64,000 nucleotides of DNA. It comes from the human T2T-CHM13v2.0 reference genome, Homo sapiens. Positions 57,147 through 64,000 of this stretch are shown piece by piece (positions within the stretch are counted from its first letter, which is position 1; each line of letters begins with the position of its first letter). The stretch lies in the NCBI RefSeq assembly GCF_009914755.1, contig NC_060926.1. One strand, given 5' to 3'. The notes beneath the pieces were generated by a model that ran no database searches, was not told the DNA's origin, and worked only from the letters and a program-made list of their open reading frames with translations. The position numbers were made by a program, and so were the translations under genes.

Positions 57147-58705
57147 AGAGGAAGGAGGTGAAATCTCAATTAGGAGTTTTGTGAGAAACTATTGGGTTAT
57201 GAAGGTGGGAAGAGCGGAGCTCACACTGGGAACTCTGCTTCAGGATCATATAGATATTGGAAAGTTTCGTTGTAGATATTGGTGAAACTTGTCCATTGAA
57301 TTACTGTAGAACTGGAAAAGGAGGAATGAATGTTACTGTTGAGTCAAAGATACGAATATGAGGACCTAAGCTGGATGGACCAGTTTCTCTTTTGCTAGCT
57401 GTCCTAGCTCAGATTCTGGACTTGTTGTAAGAAGATGAAGGGGTGAGGGAATATGGGTCACAAATAGCTTTGACTTCAGTCCAAAGAGCCCTCTAATGTA
57501 AAGAAGACTTGGTATTTTCTCATCCCAGGGAAATCATGGCCTTATTTTTAACACAATAAGGTAAATTTTCTCATTAGAAAGTTCTTAATTTGTCATGTCA
57601 GTAACCATGTCCTTCTAATTGTGGTGCTGTCAGTTCACTACTGCAAAAAAAATGATCCTCTGTTCTCAACTCGGTCTCAGTTACTGCATCATCGTAATAG
57701 TTTGATAATTTTATTACTACTCGAAGGCAAGTGATCCTTCTTTTGTTGACTACTGAGGAGGAAATTGTTAATGACATTAATAGCTTGATAATGTGACACA
57801 GAACTCTGGGTAATGCCTAGTCTGTGACTGTGTGGTTTGTCTGGAGAATTGAGTAAGAATGCTGGGAAGAAACAAGAGCATCATGACTTTATGGGATGAC
57901 TTGATGCCCACCTCCAAGGTTGCTGTGACGATTAAATGAGATAGTGTATATACAAAAATGGGCAATAGCAATGGTTCAATAAATGTTAGCTTTTTATGAA
58001 AATCTAAGTTAAACTTGGCTTATTCTCTTCTTTATTGTCATTCATTCTGTAACTAAAAAAAATTAGTTTTCTTATCAAACACTGGGCAGGAAGGATGAAC
58101 TTGACCACTTCATTCTTGATACCCATGAAGTCAGAATCGGGTAATGAAAATCATTCATTATATCTGATGCCATAAAATAGGCTTAGAATGATGTGTGAAA
58201 TATAGTAAATGTTCATTAAATATATGTTGTCATTATTATTAGAAAGGGTGGAGAGACCTAATTGGGGGTGATGACATGAATAAACTTGTCCTATGACATT
58301 GACTTTTAATTTATACAAGTTGGTTTTGAAAATTGAAAAAAAAACTGACTCCTGATTCTCTCATGGACTTAAAAATTTCATTTTGCACTCCAGTACGATC
58401 TGGCATGGAGGAGATGGACTCTGCCTAGTACTGTCAGCAGCTTTTGGAGAAGGTCGGGATCCTGCTAAGATGAGCACAGCATGTAATGTTTGTCCTTTGG
58501 AAGCAAACACTTTGCCTTCATTGCAGTCTTCTTGTCAGAAGGAAGATAGAAATGGGAGATGGGGAGAAGTTTTTATAATTAAAGAAAAAAAAACTTGTTT
58601 CATTCTTAGCCTGGGGCTTCCTGGGGCTCTGAGGATTCCAGTATTATTGGAGTATCTGGAGAATCACAGTTCTCTCTAGCTGATCAAAAGTAAAATTAAA
58701 TGTGA

Positions 58706-59214
<509 letters not shown>

Positions 59215-60938
59215 TCAGGGCTGGGAGGAAAGACTCAGGTAGCTGAGACAGGAAGGCAGTCAGGTTCTAGGGCTGGAGAAGCATCAGCAATAATGGATAA
59301 TGCAGGGAGTGGAGGTGGGAAAAGGAGTACAAGATGCTTTCTTGGGCATTTTTTGAGGATAGAATTCAAGGGCATGTTTTATATGTGTGTTTCTTTTAAA
59401 ATTCTTGATGCAAATTACCAACCAGAAAGCCCAGGGTAGATGGAGGGTAGGGAGGATGGAAGGTAATCCATTGCTCAGTAAGTGAGATAGGTAGAGTGCC
59501 CCTGCCCCCACCACCACTGTGCCACTATTTTTCTGGAAGCATAAGAGATACCCAGAGCCCTGGGTGACTGGAGCAGCCACAAGGCTGGACACAGGCTAGG
59601 CTAGAATGATTTTACTTTGGCTAAAACCAGAATGTCCGGGGAAATGTGGAGCCCACGGGCAGTTACTACCATTTTCTTTTTATCAGTCCGTCTTCTCATG
59701 TGGTTTCTTGGGAATATGTTCTCACTCAGAAGAAAAGTGAAATTCCAGTAATGCCCTCTCCTGACTTCTACACTGAGCAAGACATGGGGGTAAAGGCTTT
59801 GCCTAAAAGAGCAGGGACCCAGGAGGGATGGCTGACCTACCGCCCATCTTCCGTCTGACTCCAGTGGGGGTGGTTCTAAGATATTGGTCCTAAACGCTGA
59901 GACTGCTGCTTTGACATTTACTGGAGTCTCCCATCCCATCTCTTAATCTTCCCTTTGATTTTTATTTCTGTGTTCATTGGCTTCTGTTGCTTCTCTGCCA
60001 GGAAGATACAGTTTCCTATGCATTATGATTTGAACTCGAAAAACAGAAGGCTATCAGAAAGACAGAAGTTTCTTTTTATCTGAATTCAGAAAAACATGTT
60101 GGCTTGGTCTTAGCTAGATGTGGTCAGAAAAAAAGGTGAATAATTGTTTGGTAATTTCATGGGATTTATCGCAAACTTAAAATAAAAAGTGAGATTCTCT
60201 TTAACTTCTGGTTAAATGCTGAATCTTAAAGTACTATATGTTGAAAACTAGATATGAACAATCAAATTAAAAAATAAAACGTAAAAATTATCTAGATATG
60301 GAAAGCTTGTTGATCTTTCTACATGTCAAAGCTTTTCAATTTATTTGAAAATTGGACCAAACTCTGGCAGTTTGTACCATTTTGTTGGATCTTTTTGCCA
60401 AATTCTAGGCTTCTAACACATCAGTAGATTCCAGACTGTCACACATTATATCATTTTATACTTTATTTATCTGCTGAGTTTAATTTTGTATTATTTATAA
60501 GCAATATCACCTCTCCAGAATAATGACTCTTAAATATTATTCAAAGAAGGTTTGTATTTTCCTGAAGTATTTTTTCTGTTTTTTAATCTCCCTCTGAAAA
60601 ATACTGTGGGCAGACTTGATTGATATTTGACAAATGAGTCAACTAAGGCACAGAGAGGTTCAGTGACTTTCTGAGGGTCACACAGCATGTTTATGGCAGA
60701 GACAGAGCTCTCAGATCTAATTGGTTTTTCTTGGTCATGCTGTCATTTGGCGATGCAGTTTTTAAAGGGGCTGTTCCTGTACACTGCATTTTCACCTTCA
60801 CCATTATTCAAATCAACTCAGTTATTTACATTGTTGGGCCCGGGTTGGTACTTCATCTGTTAAAATAAAAAACAAAAATAAAAATATAAACTGATGGCAT
60901 AATACTGCATCCCAAAGCCAGCAGTACCATTCCCCACA

Positions 60939-60955
60939 GGCCAGCAGAGGGTCAG
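60939..60955 (+). promoter_or_regulatory. Candidate CTCF site (imperfect)
   Basis: GGCCAGCAGAGGGTCAG; matches the core over 11 bases then deviates at the conserved C. Confidence 0.4.
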
Positions 60956-61039
60956 GAATAATTCACTCCCAGGCCTCTGTGAATGGCTCTGTGCTTTTCC
61001 CTATGCTACGAAGATTTTACTGTCTCAATGATTTTGTGT

Positions 61040-61500
61040 TGGACGATTCAATTAAAGGTCTTAAAATTTAACGTGTATACTTTTGACCTAACAGTTTGAT
61101 GTTTAGGAATTTACCTTAAGGAAATAATGCAAATAATGAGTAAAAGATATATGTGTCAAAAAATACATTAACAAGTATGTTGATGATAATAAATAATTAG
61201 AAATTACTAATGGCACAAGGAATTGGTAGAGTGAATTACAGTCAATCCACACAATGGAATATGGTATAATTCTTTGAAATTGTAATGTAGATTTTGGTTT
61301 ATCCACAGCTAAAGATCTCCACAATATTTTATAAAATGAAAAAATATATATGTCATTAACAATATAATATATTTATGGTATACCAATATATATTTATGAT
61401 ACGTACTGTGGCTGAGAAAATCATGAGTGATTTAAATTTTCTTCCAAATAAAGTTTTGAACATTTTATTTTTGTAATGTACTTTCATTTTTTTATAATCA
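61040..61500 (+). mobile_element. Old L1 (L1ME-like) 3' end
   Basis: TTTTGACCTAACAGTT...TAGGAATTTACCTTAAGGAAATAAT...ATCCACACAATGGAATAT. Confidence 0.7.
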
Positions 61501-62210
61501 TAGAGGAAGGTAGGAAAGGAGGCAGAGTAATTTTTATTTTTTTTTTTTTACTTATCGGCTACATGGAATATTTCCAAGTTAAAAGTTTTTATAATGGAAG
61601 TGGTATGACAAAGAATATTTGCTATTCTTAACGTGTTTAAGAAATAGGCTATTTAATGGATGCTGTATACACAAGAATCTATTTGCTTTGTGCTGTTCGT
61701 TAGACTGGGATGGGGGGTACAGAGGTTGAATAGAAAGCACCCAATATAACTGCTGCATTATGATAATGCAGCTGCTTGTATATAAAGACACTACCTAGCA
61801 AAATTTTGAAATGACTTTTCCCCCTGACATGACTAATGCTATTGCTGTTAATTAAGTGACTTGTTTGGAGGAAAAGAATAATTGTGAAATATTTTTCAGT
61901 ACATTCCTGTCTTCGAAGAGGAATGAGTTCCCATAGTCATAGTATGTATTTATAGAATGGATAATACATAAAACAAATTAGAGGGTAAAACGCTATACTC
62001 AAAGCACGATTTTCATCTGTAATAAGACAGTGTCAACCCCCTGGAAGATATTTATAACTGAAGCATTGCTTCTAGACATGCGGATTTAAGAGATTAGCAT
62101 CAAGGTGGTCCCTGGGACAGATCACAGGTAGCACATAGGCTTAGAGAAAGCCATTTATAGGTTCTCTCATGGGTTCAAAATAACAGCAGTTGATAATCTA
62201 GTAGCTAGTG

Positions 62211-62531
<321 letters not shown>

Positions 62532-63172
62532 TAGTTGTTTTTTGTTTTGTTTTGTTCTGTTTTTGTTTGTTTATTTGTTTTTTAACCATTCTTAATGATC
62601 TGGTGCGGAATGGAGAATGGCGTCAAGGCTTAAACTAGCTAAATGAATGCTGTTGAGAATCGGGTTTAATAATATTTATATACTTATTTTTATTGACAAA
62701 GGAAATTAACTTATCCTAAAGAAACATCGAAGGTGAGAGAGAATTGCACTGAGCCAAGCCTTCCTGGCATCTTTTATCTGGCACCTCTTTTACCTAGAGC
62801 ATGGATGGCAAATCTTCATCTAAAGGGTTAACTCTAATCAATCAAACAATGTGTCGAGAAGGATCTTGAGGCACTGTCCTGTCTCTGTGGGAAAATGGAC
62901 CATGGCCGATTCATGATACCTGTCATAGTTAGGTGTGAGAAGAGCAACAATACTCATGTGGTACATTCACCAACTCAGAGCAAAGGAAACTCATTTGGAG
63001 GGGTTAGAGGGATTTGTGATATGCTATTATGACTTTTCGATTGTTACAGACTTAAGCTGTTGGCTTTGTTGACCTAATTTCTCTGACTCAAAACCTTGTT
63101 TATAAAATCATAGGGAATGTGAAATGCCTTACAGCCTTGGGTAAATTAGGGTCAGTTTGAGACTGGGGTTGA

Positions 63173-63713
<541 letters not shown>

Positions 63714-64000
63714 CTGCATTCATGTTTTCATAAGGTGTCCCTCAGATGGGCTCTGAATATAGATCAAACCTACAGTCCTTGCGGGTTGAATGCAGAGCTC
63801 TCACAGGCAATGGAGTTGATTTCTCATATTTCTTCACAATACCCTTAGAAGGTTCAGATGGACTCCCCATCTTATTGATAGAGAAATGGAAGCCTAGAGA
63901 ATTGAATATGATGTCATACAGTCTGTTAATCATACAACTCAGATATAAGCCCATGCCTTTTTCCCACCTCATGTGCTAACACTGGTGGAAGAGAAGGTCA

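Overview
AT-rich, CpG-depleted primate (almost certainly human) non-coding DNA, either a large intron or intergenic. I cannot name the locus. I see no supportable protein-coding exon, tRNA/rRNA gene or CpG island; the ORF-track entries are repeat-derived or chance frames. The window holds about 20 Alus (J, S and Y classes), L1 fragments, many decayed L2/MIR pieces, a CR1/L3 reverse-transcriptase fossil, three solo LTRs (ERV1, MLT1, THE1), several DNA-transposon MITEs (MER58A x2, MER2, MER5A, MER63, MER91, MADE1) and microsatellites. Repeat names come from recalled consensus sequences, not a database search. Best leads: (1) non-canonical insertion/repair scars visible directly in the sequence (tail-less internal L1 piece between 17-bp direct repeats, 59-bp internal Alu piece between 29-bp repeats, two TA microsatellites holding templated copies of nearby DNA, a trimeric Alu); (2) a speculative chain of minus-strand exons with strong splice sites whose joined frame stays open, with two same-strand LTRs upstream as possible promoters; (3) a MADE1 hairpin carrying a miR-548-type arm. 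None is a demonstrated new biological system.
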